Origin: Paraspadella gotoi | Lineage: Eukaryota; Animalia; Chaetognatha | Assembly (NCBI GenBank): GCA_051294375.1 | Contig: CM119264.1 | Span: forward strand, 21,341,045-21,405,044 | Direction of reading: 5' to 3' | DNA length: 64,000 bases | Shown: positions 1 through 13,899 of the stretch, in pieces | How positions within the stretch are numbered: the first letter of the stretch is position 1 | Layout: every line of letters begins with the position of its first letter | Notes under the pieces: generated by a model | What the model was told of the DNA's origin: nothing | What the model saw: only the letters and a program-made list of their open reading frames with translations | Database searches by the model: none | Program-made: the position numbers and the translations under genes

Positions 1-1096
1 GAGGGAGGAGGAAGAGGAGAAAGAGAAGGAAGAGGAGGGGCAGAAAAGGTGTGAGATGGGCCATTTAATGGATCGACCACGAAGGAGGTCTGTGAGAAAA
101 CGGGTGAGTCTTTGGCAGATGGGAGGCTGGCAAGTCCAAACGTGAAAAAAAAATCCGATTAGAATTAAGAGGAAAGGGAGATAAGAATTAAGGATGGTAA
201 TAAAATAATTGCAGGCCGAGAACTGGCGGGAGATAGAAATGGATTATTAAGTGTCGAGTTTGAGTTTTTAGCCTTTTAGACAAACGACAAATAACAAATG
301 TTAAGTCAACAAACGCTGCAACAAAGAGATTCTAAAAATCGCTCAAAAATTAAAATGCCAGTAGTTTTTGAGTATTTCGATTTATATTGTGCTCGGATCT
401 CCGCAGTATTCACTGTATTTCCTTCATTCCGCGACCGACCTCTTCTGCCCCGCGAAAAATCTTTCCAGGATTCGCCCTCTAGCGGAAAAAAAAAGTGATC
501 CCGACTCTGGCGAGAAACCTTTGCACTTTTCGGTGCCCAATCTCTCATAAATCCGTCCGGAGATTTCTCACGGGGGAAAAAGGATGGATTCAGGTGAGAG
601 GAAAAAAGGGGTTGGTGGAGAAGGGAGAAAGGGGAAGAGAGAAGAGGAGAAAAAAGGGGTTGGTAGAGGTAGGGGAGGGCGAAGAGAGAGGAGGAGAAAA
701 AAGGGGTTGGTGGAGGTAGAGGGAAGGGGGAAGAGAGAGGAGGAGAAAATGAGGGAAATGAAAGGAGGAGACGGAATACTAGGAAAACCTAGGAGAGAAG
801 GAAAAAATGGGCCAGTCCGGAAGGGGCCGTAAGTAGTAGAAGAGAAAAAAGAACAATTGGAATTCAAATATGAGAAAAGGGAGACTACATGGCCGAAAAA
901 ATGAGAAAAGGTAAAATTGGAAAAAGAAAGGACGAAATTTAATCGGCTAAAACAAAAAAAGGACTTTGAGTTTCATCGTGGCAGAAAATTATGGAAATGG
1001 ATCAAGGAAACGAAAGCAGTGGAAAAATTAAAAAACAAAGACAGACAGATGGACCAATGGATATTTGGCGGTGGATGAAACGAGAGAGAGAGAGAG

Positions 1097-1176
<80 letters not shown>

Positions 1177-1381
1177 CACGGTATCTTTTTCGTGAACAGA
1201 TGTTGTTTTGCCTTTTTTCGATTTTCACGGATCCTTTATACGTATGCCTCTCGTACCTTTCATTCTCGCTTTTCTCTGAAGAGTTTTTCTCTCCAGCGAC
1301 TCTGTGAATCTTTCACGCGAACGCGTTCTCACGTCACAGGACGTCATTCCATTCATTTTTTTTATTTCGTCCTCGGAGAGC

Positions 1382-1483
<102 letters not shown>

Positions 1484-1744
1484 TATTCTTTGCGAGTATT
1501 AAAATAAGCTTCACTGTGTAACACTCGTCCCGATTCATCAGTTTAATCTTTCAAATAAGAAATTTCTCTTGCAAACAACTTACGGTCAATTTCCGCAACA
1601 TCGCGCCAACAACGACAAAAGGCAGCAGCAGTAGCAGCAGCAACATATTTTTTCCCTTCGCAGCTGTGCTAGTTTTTTCTGCGCGCCCTGAATTTTCGGT
1701 TCGGGCCATTGAATTCCTCGTCGCGACTCTCTCTCATTTTCTGA

Positions 1745-1823
<79 letters not shown>

Positions 1824-2499
1824 TCTCAATCTCCTTCCCCTACTCACCGCGAAATTATTTTCTTTCCCATTTCTTTTCTTTTTTTTTTTTTTTTTTTTAT
1901 CAAAAGATCTAAAAGATAAAAAAAAGGAAAAAGAAAACAGAAACTAAATCAAAACAAATGACTCGAAAGTGAAGGGCCAATAAAAACGGAAAGAAAATGG
2001 AAGCAAGACAAGTTGTTGATCGGTTATCTCGCCGGAAGCGATAACCATATCTCACTGTCGTCGTCGGACGCCTGGCTTTTATCGAGGGACTTCCCCAGCC
2101 ATTCACCTCGAAGGAGCGCTCCCCTCTCCGTCTCTATTTAGCTCAACGACGACCGACGGTTCGGGATAATCTCTCCTACGCGGTTCAGCTTATCTTTTAG
2201 ATTATCAACCTTTTTTATTTTTTTGACTGTAAGTGCAATTTCCTCTCACTATTATGTGTGTCGAGAGTTTTGGTGCTGCTCTCGTTGTGGTATACGTACA
2301 TAATATTTGCTCAATATATCGGAGTTGTACACTTTACAATGATAAATGTACAACAATTGTATTTTATTTTTTATATAAAAAATCCTGTAACTCCCCTACG
2401 GCCCTCCACCCACCACGGCAACCGTCCCTAATTATTTTATTTTATGTTATATTCTCAATTCTCTCTCTCCCTCCGCCCTTCTTCGCGCCCTTCTCTCGC

Positions 2500-2806
2500 C
2501 GGTCGGTCGGTCGGTCGGTCGGTCGGTCGGTCGGTCGGTCGGTCGGTCGGTCGTCGGTCGGTCGGTCGGTCGGTCGTCGGTCGGTCGGTCGGTCGGTCGG
2601 TCGTCGGTCGGTCGGTCGGTCGGTCGGTCGGTCGGTCGGTCGGTCGGTCGGTCGCTCGGTCGGGTCGGTCGGTCGGTCGGTCGGGTCGGTCGGCGTCGGT
2701 CGGTCGGCTGTCGGTCGGTCGGTCGTCGGTCGGTCGGTCGGTCGTCGGGTCGGTCGGTCGGTCGTCGGTCGGTCGGTCGGTCGGTCGGTCGCGGTCGGTC
2801 GGTCGT
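2500..2806. repeat. (GGTC)n / (CGGT)n tetranucleotide microsatellite, imperfect
   Basis: About 300 bp of GGTC units with occasional GTC slips. In copy 2 this stretch is replaced by a 10-N gap (11909-11918). Confidence 0.95.
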
Positions 2807-4757
2807 CTGAGGCGAATGATTCAGGGAATCGAATTTCCACTTGGAAACGGGCGTTGCTCTGAGGGACGAGCAATATCGGGTGATCGCTCGATTCAGCCAA
2901 GGGATAGTTTCTTTCTAAATAAATATTGGTACTTTGTTGACTTTTTTCAACCCATTACATTGCGATCTTTAAATAAGAGACTACTTTTATAGAACAATAA
3001 TTTGTATTATGTATATATTTGTTCTGCCTTAGATCTGCCACCATGCAGTTTTTCATTCTCGTTTACTCTTCCAAACTCCCAACTTTTCTGTTTTTATTCT
3101 CTCGCCCGATTTGGCGCACTTCGTCATTCCGCTCCTGTTCTCCAAATTTATTTTCAAAGACTCAATCTTTATCTCTTTATCTCTTCTCTGCTCCACGAAC
3201 ATTTGAAACGACGAAAACTCGAAACCCAAGAATAAAGCGAGAAAAGATATCTGACATCGAACACGAATTTCTCTTTTGCGACGGCTCACTGAGGCCCTTA
3301 CCAGTTACCATATCATACTCTCACCCAGCTTCTCCTTTAGAAAAAATTTTCTAATCTTCGAATCTCACTGCTACTAGTACCCTTTCTCAGCGGGCGTCTT
3401 CTGCCTTCCAACCCTCAATGCTTTTTATTTCCGTTCTAACCCGGTTCCATCTTAATTCATCCCTGTTACTCCGCCCTCTTATTCCCGTCGAGTCATTCCC
3501 CCCCCTCTCGTCTTCTCATCTCAGTCCCCGTCACCCTTTTCGCATCCCGCTCCTCGCTCCCAACTGCCCTCCTTCCGTGGTCCCGGTTCCATCGTGGCCC
3601 GAAATCGTTTATCAAATTCCTTGTCGTCATAACGACGAGAAAATTATCGACAGATGGAAATGCGATCCGGGGACGGGGAGGTGGAGATGGTGCTGGAAAA
3701 TCGAGATGGAAAAATATGGGACGGTTGGAAGCGATGAAAAGCTTACCTCCAAAACAAAGAGTTGAAAAAAAGCCGAGTTGATACTTGATAAACCAACGCT
3801 TCTTCGCGTTTGTATTTTTTATTTCATTTTCAAAAGAAAAGCAGATTCCTGTTTTGTATCCCCCGTTTTACCCGGAATTACCTTCACGCAGGAGACGGGA
3901 TCGGTTAACACCCCAAAAAGAGGACGGAGTTGTTGCTGGGGCCAAATCGCGCGCGGGCAACCGGCTGGGAAAACACATAAGCAGTTGCGCCCCCTCTCTT
4001 TCTCCCACGCCCCCTCCCCTAAACCAAGCGCGCGTTCGAGTTTGGCATTGACGTCGAAACAAGTTATTGCATTTGCAGCGAAGCAGGCAGAAGGGACCTG
4101 GTAGACGCAGGGGTAAGGGAGCAGGGGAGGACATACAGAGAGAGGGGCGAGCCCACGGGTGGTAAAGAACGGGAAAAATAGAAAAAAAAAAAAACAAAAA
4201 AAAAACAAAAAAAAACAACAACAACAACGAAATTGGGTCGTTATGATGTGGTCTCAGACTTTTCGGAGACTTGAATTCACAGAAAGAAATTATTGCGAGA
4301 TGAAAAGGTGTGTTAGATATCTTAGTGCTTTCCTCTCTGGCGATAGTTGTTAAATATCACTGTAAGCGAATCTTTAATTAAAAAATGAAATTACAAATTT
4401 GTTTTTAAAAAAACGTTTTTATCATTGAAAAGACGCAAAGCCAATTCAAGGTCGGGGTTAGGAAAGTGGGTGGCGTGGATAGGAAAAAAAAGGTGGCTGA
4501 CCAAAATAAAAAAAAAACAGACCCTTAGAGAAAATTGAGGATGGGTTTTACAGATGAAATCACCGTAAAAGGTATGCAAGATAATGACAATGTACAGTAA
4601 CTATGAAAAACTGTTGTGCTTAAATAAGAAAGAGGTTTAAATGTGAACGGTTTCCCGCGTATGTGAAACGAGATTACCGGTCATAAAGTATGTATACCTT
4701 TAAATGAATTTAAATCATACAAATGCAAAATGAAATAATGAGGGAGGAAAAAAATAC

Positions 4758-4819
<62 letters not shown>

Positions 4820-6030
4820 AGAGAGAGAGAGAGAGAGAAAGAAAGTCGTAAAAAAATTACGTGGAAAAAGTTACACTCTGAGATTGGCGATGAAGGAAGA
4901 GGAAACGAGAAGAACAAACAACGACACCATGAACTTGAGCAAACGGAAGAAAAAAAAGGAAAAAAGAAAAGAAAAAAATAGAAAGAAGAAAGAAAACGGA
5001 ACCAATCCAGAAGTAATAAAAGAAAGAGGGAAGCGAACTACGCGGCAGTAAAAGTGAGGCGAAAGGGCAAAAAAGGATGAAAGCGAAGGAGAGAACAAAC
5101 AAAAGAGCCAGGGTAAAGCATCAGGTAAAACGAAATGAAAGGAAGCGAGAAAAAAGAAGAGAGAGAAAAAAAAATATAAAGAGAAAGAGAAAGAGAGATA
5201 GAAAGAAAGAGAAAGTCACAGCCAGGCAGGTAGACATCAGACAGAGAGACAGTCGAAGAGCGACAGAAAGCGAGAGAGACAGAAAAGGGAATAAGAATGA
5301 GACCGCCCATATTTGCGGATGATTTGCGGAACGAGATCCGGCGTCGATTTCCAGCGACTACTTCCGGTTTGGTTCCACGATTTCCGGTTCGGTTCTTCAA
5401 GTTCCGGTTTGGTTCCACCCCCTACGCCGGCTCCATTCCATCGACGTTTGTCGCCATCCTCCTGACGTTCTTGTAGAAGAAGACATTAAAGAAAAAAGGA
5501 AAAAAAAAGCGGATTCATTTGGTAGTCGGGTTTTTTTGGCGACGTTTTTGTCAAAGTTATCTCGAGATTGGAAAGAGAATGACAAGGATAAAGCCTCGAC
5601 AAATCCTCGGTTCCGTCGTCGTTGCGTTTCCTTTCAAAACAATTAACGACATCAATGCGAGAAAAACTTGAATTGATCTCAATTCCTGAAACTTAATGGA
5701 CGGAATAAGAACTTATTTGAGTAAAACTTATATATTAATAAAATATAAACTCTGATTAATCTCGACGCTAATGTATTGTACAAAATACAATGACCTCTCA
5801 AGAGAATTGATAAATGACTTTGTAAATTCAAAAATATATCTTGAATTTGTTTTTTAGCAATTGTACATCGAGATACTAAAGATTTACACTTTGATTTTTC
5901 ATCAACCTTATCATTCGAAAATGAAAAACGTTTCGTTCATTCTCGGCCAGGTTCCATTTATCTCTTTATCCATTTTTCACTTTTCACTTTCACTAGTCAC
6001 CCACTCCGCGATTCACTCATTTATTTCCAG

Positions 6031-6050
6031 CTCGGCCGAACATCGGGAAG
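6031..6050 (+). CDS. Candidate 20-nt micro-exon of an unresolved + strand gene
   Basis: CACTCATTTATTTCCAG|CTCGGCCGAACATCGGGAAG|GTGAGT: consensus acceptor and donor. Identical in copy 2 (15125-15144). No partner exons confirmed. Confidence 0.3.
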
Positions 6051-8840
6051 GTGAGTTATCACGGAGCAAACTCATATTTTATGCAAGAACAAAAAAAAAA
6101 CAAACCAAAGATTCTTCGTCGGCATTCGTGCAAAGAGACTCCTTTCCCCCACACCATTCCCCCCCACCATTCCCCCCTAGTTACATGTGTTTCACTCTAG
6201 TTGCGACCGCAACTCTTCTATCCCTTCCTCCCCCCAAACCTTTTCCACGCGTTTCCCTCTCGTTACCCGTCGCAGATTTAAAACGTTAAAATGGGAAATT
6301 TATGGCGCCGAAGCGATGTTACGGCGCGGCGGCCGACTGGCGCGGCGGGCGCCGGAACTTAGGCGACGCGCAGGTACGGCGTCTTATCGTCGTCGGCGTT
6401 GGTAACCACGGCAACGCGAAATCGTCGGGAGACGATGACGCGAAGGGCGCCAGCGTCTCTGCATCTCTCTATCAATACATATAACTTCATCCCCAGATTC
6501 AAAAACCGAGTTAAAGATGTAGGGGGGGGGAGAATTTGACGGTTGAAAGGAATAAATCCCATCGAAATAAGCGGTAAAACCGAGAAAAGTCGATGGGGCG
6601 CGAAAGAAACGGCCTCTGAATGAAGAAGAGGGGAAAGAGTTAAGGGAGGTACATGCTGGTAGAATATGGAGACATATCACATGGATTGGCTTGTCGAAGT
6701 TAGGGTGACGTGGTGAGTAAATGAAGTGAGTAGTTGGGGACCGAAGCAACGTAATAGGGCGCGAAATGTTGCGACGTGGGGCTCATTTGATTGCCGGTGC
6801 AGGATTTGTCGCAGCTTGTGAGAAATGGAGAGACATTTCGAGTATTGGACTCCGGTCAGTGCGAAAGTCCAGACTGACCTTGACGCATTGACTCTCTACG
6901 ATTCCATAAGAACTATGATAAGAATGCTCTCTGACAGTCATCATCGATAATTGGTCAGTCTCTAGCGACAAGTGATTGAAATAGTCGAAATAATCCTATT
7001 TCGTTATTTTGATACAGAGAAAATGGTACAGAAAAATACCTGAGATTTATTTTTTTCATCATAAATAAAAAAGTGCTTAGCATCTGTTCACATCTCCAAA
7101 CCTCATTCCACATAATTACTATGACAACTGTTTTCATCCCTCAAAATAGTAAGAGGTTTCAACCCCACGCCCACCGAGAGTCGCCCTTCGTCTTTTTCCT
7201 TTTTCCTTCTTCTCTCTCGACGCTAAGGCAAGGAATCACGTGACATCTGGAGGGCAAAAAGAGATCACGGTCGCAAATGAGATTAGCAACGGCGTCGAGA
7301 TTATGGCAATAAAGGTGAGGATTAGCGACGGTGAGCTTGGGGGAGATAGCAATAAAGGTGAAGATTAGTGCCGGCAACATAGCCTATGTTTTTTTTTTTT
7401 CGTTTTTTTTTTTTAATCGGTCAGTTTTGATCGGCAAGGACCTTGTCGTTGTACTCCCTGATGAAAGTCATATTCTGCCAACAAAAGTTGTTCTAAATTT
7501 AAATTAAATTCACATTATTCATTTTAAATTTTAAGTTTTTAAAATTTTAAATCATCTCTCAACCATCAACCCGAACCTGACCGTACCGGACATTTACCTC
7601 AAATAAAATAAATTCTTATGATCCTCGACTGCTCCTCAAATCACTAATCTGACTTGGAAGCCGGAGTACAAGAGTCTTTGCGAATGTCCAGTCGAAACCG
7701 ATAGACGAGTGATTTTTTTTAAACCGAAAAAAGAAAAAAAAAAGTTCGGTCCGCCTTTAAAAACGAGAGCGACTCGAACGCGCTTCTCTATAAATAGCAT
7801 CAATCACGAAAGAAATATAGAAAACGAGACGAAGAGAGAGAAAAAAAAAACTTGAAAATTGTCCGTGAAGACTGCAGACGTGAGAAGCGGCAAAGATAAA
7901 AGGCTTCGCATCGGCGAAGGTTAATCACTATTAAACGTTCAGCTAGCTAGCTGTAGCTTGAAAATCTTAACGTTCATGAAATTGTTGGAGTGAGTAGACG
8001 AATTGCAACCACTGAAGAAATACATTGACTTGTTAAATAGCGAAACTAAATACGGTAAACATAAGGAGAAAATGTTAGGTTTTAAGTCGCCTCGGCAAAG
8101 CCAAAGTTCTGGTCTTCTTAAGAGGTCAAATCAAAGCAAAGTAACCTGAGTGCTTTCCTTGTTTTGGGGGGAAGTTGGGTGAAGTTAAGGTTGAATGGAA
8201 GAAGATAGAACGAAGCGGATTTTCCTTTAAATAATTAATGGGTGTTTATCCCTTCTGGTCGCAGGGAATAAACGCAGGGGAATGTGTCTGGCACTTGGGT
8301 CGCCATATGATCGGGTGCTGGTTTCTAGGGAAAACGCGAGAATAAAAATATAAAAAAAACATCATTGTTTTTACGTGTTTTTTTTTAATTCTCAAACTTT
8401 GGGTAAACTTTAGTACGGTAATGAAAATCCATATTTCACAGTCAAAATTATAATCATAATATAACGAAATATTCTAGGATCTTTCCAAAACCCTAGAAGT
8501 TATTAAATATTGCCATTGAAATCGTCAAATTAACTTTCATTTTCTTAAATCTTAAAAGTTATTCCTGATTTTGTATCCATTTCATCTGTGATCTGTGGTA
8601 AATGGTGATTCGGTCCCGGGATTCAGTGATTCGTCAAATGCTGTTGAGATTCCGAGATGGGATTTCGCGTTGAATTCGTCTCGGATTCGGTGATTCGTTT
8701 CTATCCCTGGAGAGATGGGAGGAACCCGTCAGCGCGACTCAATAATTCAGCAGCAAGAAAATGACGGAGGAAAAGAAAAGGAGAAGAGGAAAGAGAAAAG
8801 AGAAATGACGGAAGAAGAAACTTGAATCAAGAATGAGGAA

Positions 8841-9358
8841 GACTTGAAAGATTAACGGATGCGATTGCGGATTAAGGGTTCAAAAAAGAAGACGACTTGA
8901 AAGATAACAGATGCGATTAGTGGATTAAGGGTTCAAAAAGAAGAACACTTGAAAGATTAACGAATGCAATTGGCAGATTAAGGGTTCAAAAAGAATAAGA
9001 CTTGAAGATTAACGGATGCGATTGGCGGATTAAGGGTTCAAAAATAATAAGACTTGAAGATTAATGAATGCGATTGGCGGATTAAGGATTCAAAAGAAAA
9101 GATTGAAAGACTAATGGATGCGATTGGCGGATTAAGGGTCAAAAAGAGGAAGACTTGAAAGATTAACGGATGCAATTGGCAGATTAAGGGTTCAAAAGAA
9201 TAAGACTTGAAAGATTAAAGAATGTGATGGGTGGATTAAGAGTTCAAAAAGAAGAAGACTTGAAAGATTAACAGATGCGATTGGGGATTAAGGTTCAAAT
9301 AAAGAAGACTTGAAAGATTAACGGATGCGATTGGCGATGAAGGGTTCAAAAGAAGAAG
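8841..9358. repeat. 53-bp minisatellite, ~10 units (copy 1)
   Basis: Consensus GACTTGAAAGATTAACGGATGCGATTGGCGGATTAAGGGTTCAAAAAGAAGAA, head to tail, with single-base deletions in this copy. Confidence 0.93.
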
Positions 9359-9648
9359 AGTTGATTGCGATTGAAAACAAAGACAATTTTGATTTTTTTT
9401 AACTTAGTTTGTCTTTCTTCTATACATTCTGTTTTTTTTTAAATTGCGTATTAGACAAAAAAAGGAAAATAAAACTAAAAAAAGACGTTAAATTGCTAAC
9501 CCTTACAATGAATATTTTTTGAGCAGAATTAGGAGAAATTTGGATTTTGGTGGAAGGCGGGTTGTTATAATTTGGGATTCACAGACCTCGATTCATCGAT
9601 AAGATTCGTTCGTCAATGTTTCANNNNNNNNNNNNNNNNNNNNNNNNN

Positions 9649-10491
9649 GACAAACGACAAATAACAAATGTTAAGTCAACAAACGCTGCAACAAAGAGAT
9701 TCTAAAATCGCTCAAAAATTAAAATGCCCAGTAGTTTTTGAGTATTTCGATTTATATTGTGCTCGGATCTCCGCAGTATTCACTGTATTTCTTTCATTCC
9801 GCGACCCGACCTCTTCTGCCCCGCGAAAAATCTTTCCAGGATTCGCCCTCTAGCGGAAAAAAAAGTGATCCCGACTCTGGCGAGAAACCTTTGCACTTTT
9901 CGGTGCCCAATCTCTCATAAATCCGTCCGGAGATTTCTCACGGGGGAAAAAGGATGGAATTCAGGTGAGAGGAAAAAAGGGGTTGGTGGAGGAAGGGAGA
10001 AAGGGGAAGAGAGAAGAGGAGAAAAAAGGGGTTGGTGGAGGTAGGGGGAAGGGCGAAGAGAGAGGAGGAGAAAAAAGGGGTTGGTGGAGGTAGAGGGAAG
10101 GGGGAAGAGAGAGGAGGAGAAAATGAGGGAAATGAAAGGAGGAGACGGAATACTAGGAAACCTAAGCGAGAAGGAAAAAATGGGCCAGTCCGGAAGGGGC
10201 CGTAAGTAGTAGAAGAGAAAAAAAGAACAATTGGAATTCAAATATGAGAAAAGGGGAGACTAATGGCCGAAAAATGAGAAAAGGTAAAATTGGAAAAAGA
10301 AAAGGACGAAATTTAATCGGCTAAAACAAAAAAAGGACTTTGAGTTTCATCGTGGCAGAAAATTATGGAAATGGATCAAGGAAACGAAAGCAGTGGAAAA
10401 ATTAAAAAACAAAGACAGACAGATGGACCAATGGATATTTGGCGGTGGATGAAACGAGAGAGAGAGAGAGAAGATAGAGAGAGAGAGAGAG

Positions 10492-10544
<53 letters not shown>

Positions 10545-13500
10545 TGAGAGAGAGGAAGGCACGGTATCTATTTTCGGAATCAGATGTTTTATTCGCCTCT
10601 CTATCTCTCGATTTTTCACGGATCCTTTATACGTATCCTCTCCGTACCCTTCTCATTCCTCGCTTTTCTCTGAAGAGTTTTTCTCTCCATGAGCGACTCT
10701 GTGAATCTTCACGCAAGAACGCGTTCTCACGTCACATGGACGTCATCCATTCATTTTTTCTATTTGTCCTCGGGAGAGCGTGCAGAGAGTATGGACACGA
10801 GAGAGACGAGCAGAGAGAGCAGACGAGCAGCAGAGAGACGACGAGAGAGATGAGAGAGAGAGAGGAGAGAGAGGAGAGAAAAAATATTCTTTTGCGAGTA
10901 TTAAAAAGCTTCACTGTGTAACACTCGTCCCGATTTCACAGTCTAACTCTCTTCAAACTAAAAATTTCTTTGCAACACTTACGGTCAATTTCCGCAACAT
11001 CGCGCCCAACAACGACAAAAGGCAGCAGCAGAGCAGCAGACAACATATGTTTTCCCTCGCAGGGACTGTGCAGTTTTTTCTGCGCGCGCCTGATTTTCGG
11101 TTCGGGCCACTTGAATTCCTCGTCGCGACCCTCTCATTTCTGACTCCCTCCTCTTCTTCGTTCTCTCCTCCTCTCCTCTCTCTCTCTTCTCCTCCCCCCT
11201 CTCTCTCTCCTCCTCTCTCTCTCTCTCTCAATCTCTCTCGTTCTCTCTCCTTCTCAACCTCTACTCACCGCGAATTAGTTTTCTTTCCCATTTCTTTTCT
11301 TTTTTTTTTTTTTTTTATCAAAAAGATCTAAAAGATGAAAAAAAAGGAAAAAGAAAACAGAAACTAAATCAAAACAAATGACTCGAAAGTGAAGGGCCAA
11401 TAAAAACGGAAAGAAAATGGAAGCAAGACAAGTTGTTGATCGGTTATCTCGCCGGAAGCGATAACCATATCTCACTGTCGTCGTCGGACGCCTGGCTTTT
11501 ATCGAGGGACTTCCCCAGCCATTCACCTCGAAGGAGCGCTCCCCTCTCCGTCTCTATTTAGCGCAACGACGACCGATGGTTCGGGATAATCACCTCCGAC
11601 GCGGTTCAGCTTATCTTTTAGATTATCAACCTTTTTTATTTTTTTGACTGTAAGTGCAATTTCCTCTCACTATTATGTGTGTCGAGAGTTTTGGTGCTGC
11701 TCTCGTTGTGGTATACGTACATAATATTTGCTCAATATATCGGAAGTTGTACACTTTACAATGATAAATGTACAACAATTGTATTTTATTTTTTATATAA
11801 AAAATCCTGTAACTCCCCTACGGCCCTCCACCCACCACGGCAACCGTCCCTTAATTATTTTATTTTATGTTATATTCTCAAATTCTCTCTCTCCCTCCGC
11901 CTTCTTCGNNNNNNNNNNGGAGGGACGAGCAATATCGGGTGATCGCTCGATTCCAGCCAAGGGATAGTTTCTTTTCTAAATAAATATTGGTACTTTGTTG
12001 ACTCTTTAAATAAGAGACTACTTTTATAGAACAATAATTTGTATTATGTATATATTTGTTCTGCCTTAGATCTGCCACCATGCAGTTTTTCATTCTCGTT
12101 TACTCCTTCCAAACTCCCAACTTTTCTGTTTTTATTCTCTCGCCCGATTTGGCGCACTTCGTCTTTCCGCTCCTGTTCTCCAAATTTATTTTCAAAGACT
12201 CAATCTTTATCTCTTCTCTTCTCTGCTCCACGAACATTTGAAACGACGAAAACTCGAAACCCAAGAATAAAGCGAGAAAAGATATCTGACATCGAACAGG
12301 AATTTCTCTTTTGCGACGGCTCACTGAGGCCCTTACCAGTTACCATATCATACTCTCACCCTTTAGAAAAAATTGTCTAATCTTTCGAATCTCACTGCTA
12401 CTAGTACCTTTCTCAGCGGGCGTCTTCTGCCTTCCAACCCTCAATGCTTTTTAGTCTCCTACTCCCAGTTATCTTTTTATTTCCGTTTCTAACCCGGTTC
12501 CATCTTAATTCATCCCTGTTACTCCGCCCTCTTATTCCCGTCGAGTCATTCCCCCCCCCTCTCGTCTTCTCTTCTCAGTCCCCGTCACCCTTTTTCGCAT
12601 CCCGCTCCTCGCTCCCAACTGCCCTCCTTTCCGTGGTCCCGGTTCCATCGTGGCCCGAAATCGTTTATCAAATTCCTTGTCGTCATAACGACGAGAAAAT
12701 TATCGACAGATGGAAATGCGATCCCGGGGACGGGGAGGTGGGAGATGGTGCTGGAAAATCGAGATGGAAAAATATGGGGACGGGTTGGAAAGCGATGAAA
12801 AGCTTACCTCCAAAACAAAGAGTTGAAAAAAAGCCGAGTTGATACTTGATAAACCAACGCTTCTTCGCGTTTGTATTTTTTTATTTCATTTTCAAAAAGA
12901 AAAGCAGATTCCTGTTTTGTATCCCCCGTTTTACCCGGAATTACCTTCACGCAGGAGACGGGATCGGTTAACACCCCAAAAAGAGGACGGAGTTGTTGCT
13001 GGGGCCAAATCGCGCGCGGGCAACCGGCTGGGAAAACACATAAGCAGTTGCGCCCCCCTCTCTTTCTCCACGCCCCCTCCCCCTAAACCAAGCGCGCGTT
13101 CGAGTTTGGCATTGACGTCGAAACAAGTTATTGCATTTTGGCAGCGAAGCAGGCAGAAGGGACCTGGTAGACGCAGGGGGTAAGGGGAGCAGGGGAGGAC
13201 ATACAGAGAGAGGGGCGAGCCCACGGGTGGTAAAGAAACGGGGAAAAATAGAAAAAAAAAAAAACAAAAAAAAAACAAAAAAAAACAACAACAACAACGA
13301 AATTGGGTCGTTATGATGTGGTCTCAGACTTTTCGGAGACTTGAATTCACAGAAAGAAATTATTGCGAGATGAAAAGGTGTGTTAGATATCTTAGTGCTT
13401 TCCTCTCTGGCGATAGTTGTTGTTTTATTAAATATCACTGTAAGCGAATCTTAATTAAAAAAATGAAATTACAAATTTGTTTTTAAAAAAAACGTTTTTA

Positions 13501-13837
13501 TCATTGAAAAGACGCAAAGCCAATTCAAGGTCGGGGTTAGGAAAGTGGGTGGCGTGGATAGGAAAAAAAGGTGCTGACCCAAAATAAAAAAAAAACAGAC
13601 CCTTAGAGAAAATTGAGGGATGGGTTTTACAGATGAAATCACCGTAAAAGGTATGCAAGATAATGACAATGTACAGTAACTATGAAAAACTGTTGTGCTT
13701 AAATAAGAAAGAGGTTTAAATGTGAACGGTTTCCCGCGTATGTGAAACGAGATTACCGGGTCATAAAGTATGTATACCTTTAAATGAATTTAAATCATAC
13801 AAATGCAAAATGAAATAATGAGGGAGGAAAAAAATAC

Positions 13838-13899
<62 letters not shown>

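Noticed and set aside
2233-2992. 150-209-aa ORFs with RSVG or PTDR repeats
   Set aside because: A by-product of the stop-free (GGTC)n array.
3880-4100. Possible - strand exon (CCAG|GTCCC...GAAG|GTAATT)
   Set aside because: Splice sites are plausible, but the peptide is unrecognisable, the frames differ between copies and no partner exons were found.
7455-7490. CTGATGA motif suggesting a hammerhead ribozyme (Penelope-like)
   Set aside because: No stem II closed by GAAA and no stem I/III pairing. The same applies to CTGATGA at ~23652 and ~40699.
8240-8322. Two adjacent short hairpins, possible structured ncRNA
   Set aside because: No H/ACA, C/D, Sm or tRNA motifs; the stems are short and imperfect.
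8841-9358. Regular repeat array resembling CRISPR
   Set aside because: Units are contiguous 53-bp monomers with no unique spacers, there are no cas genes, and the context is eukaryotic.
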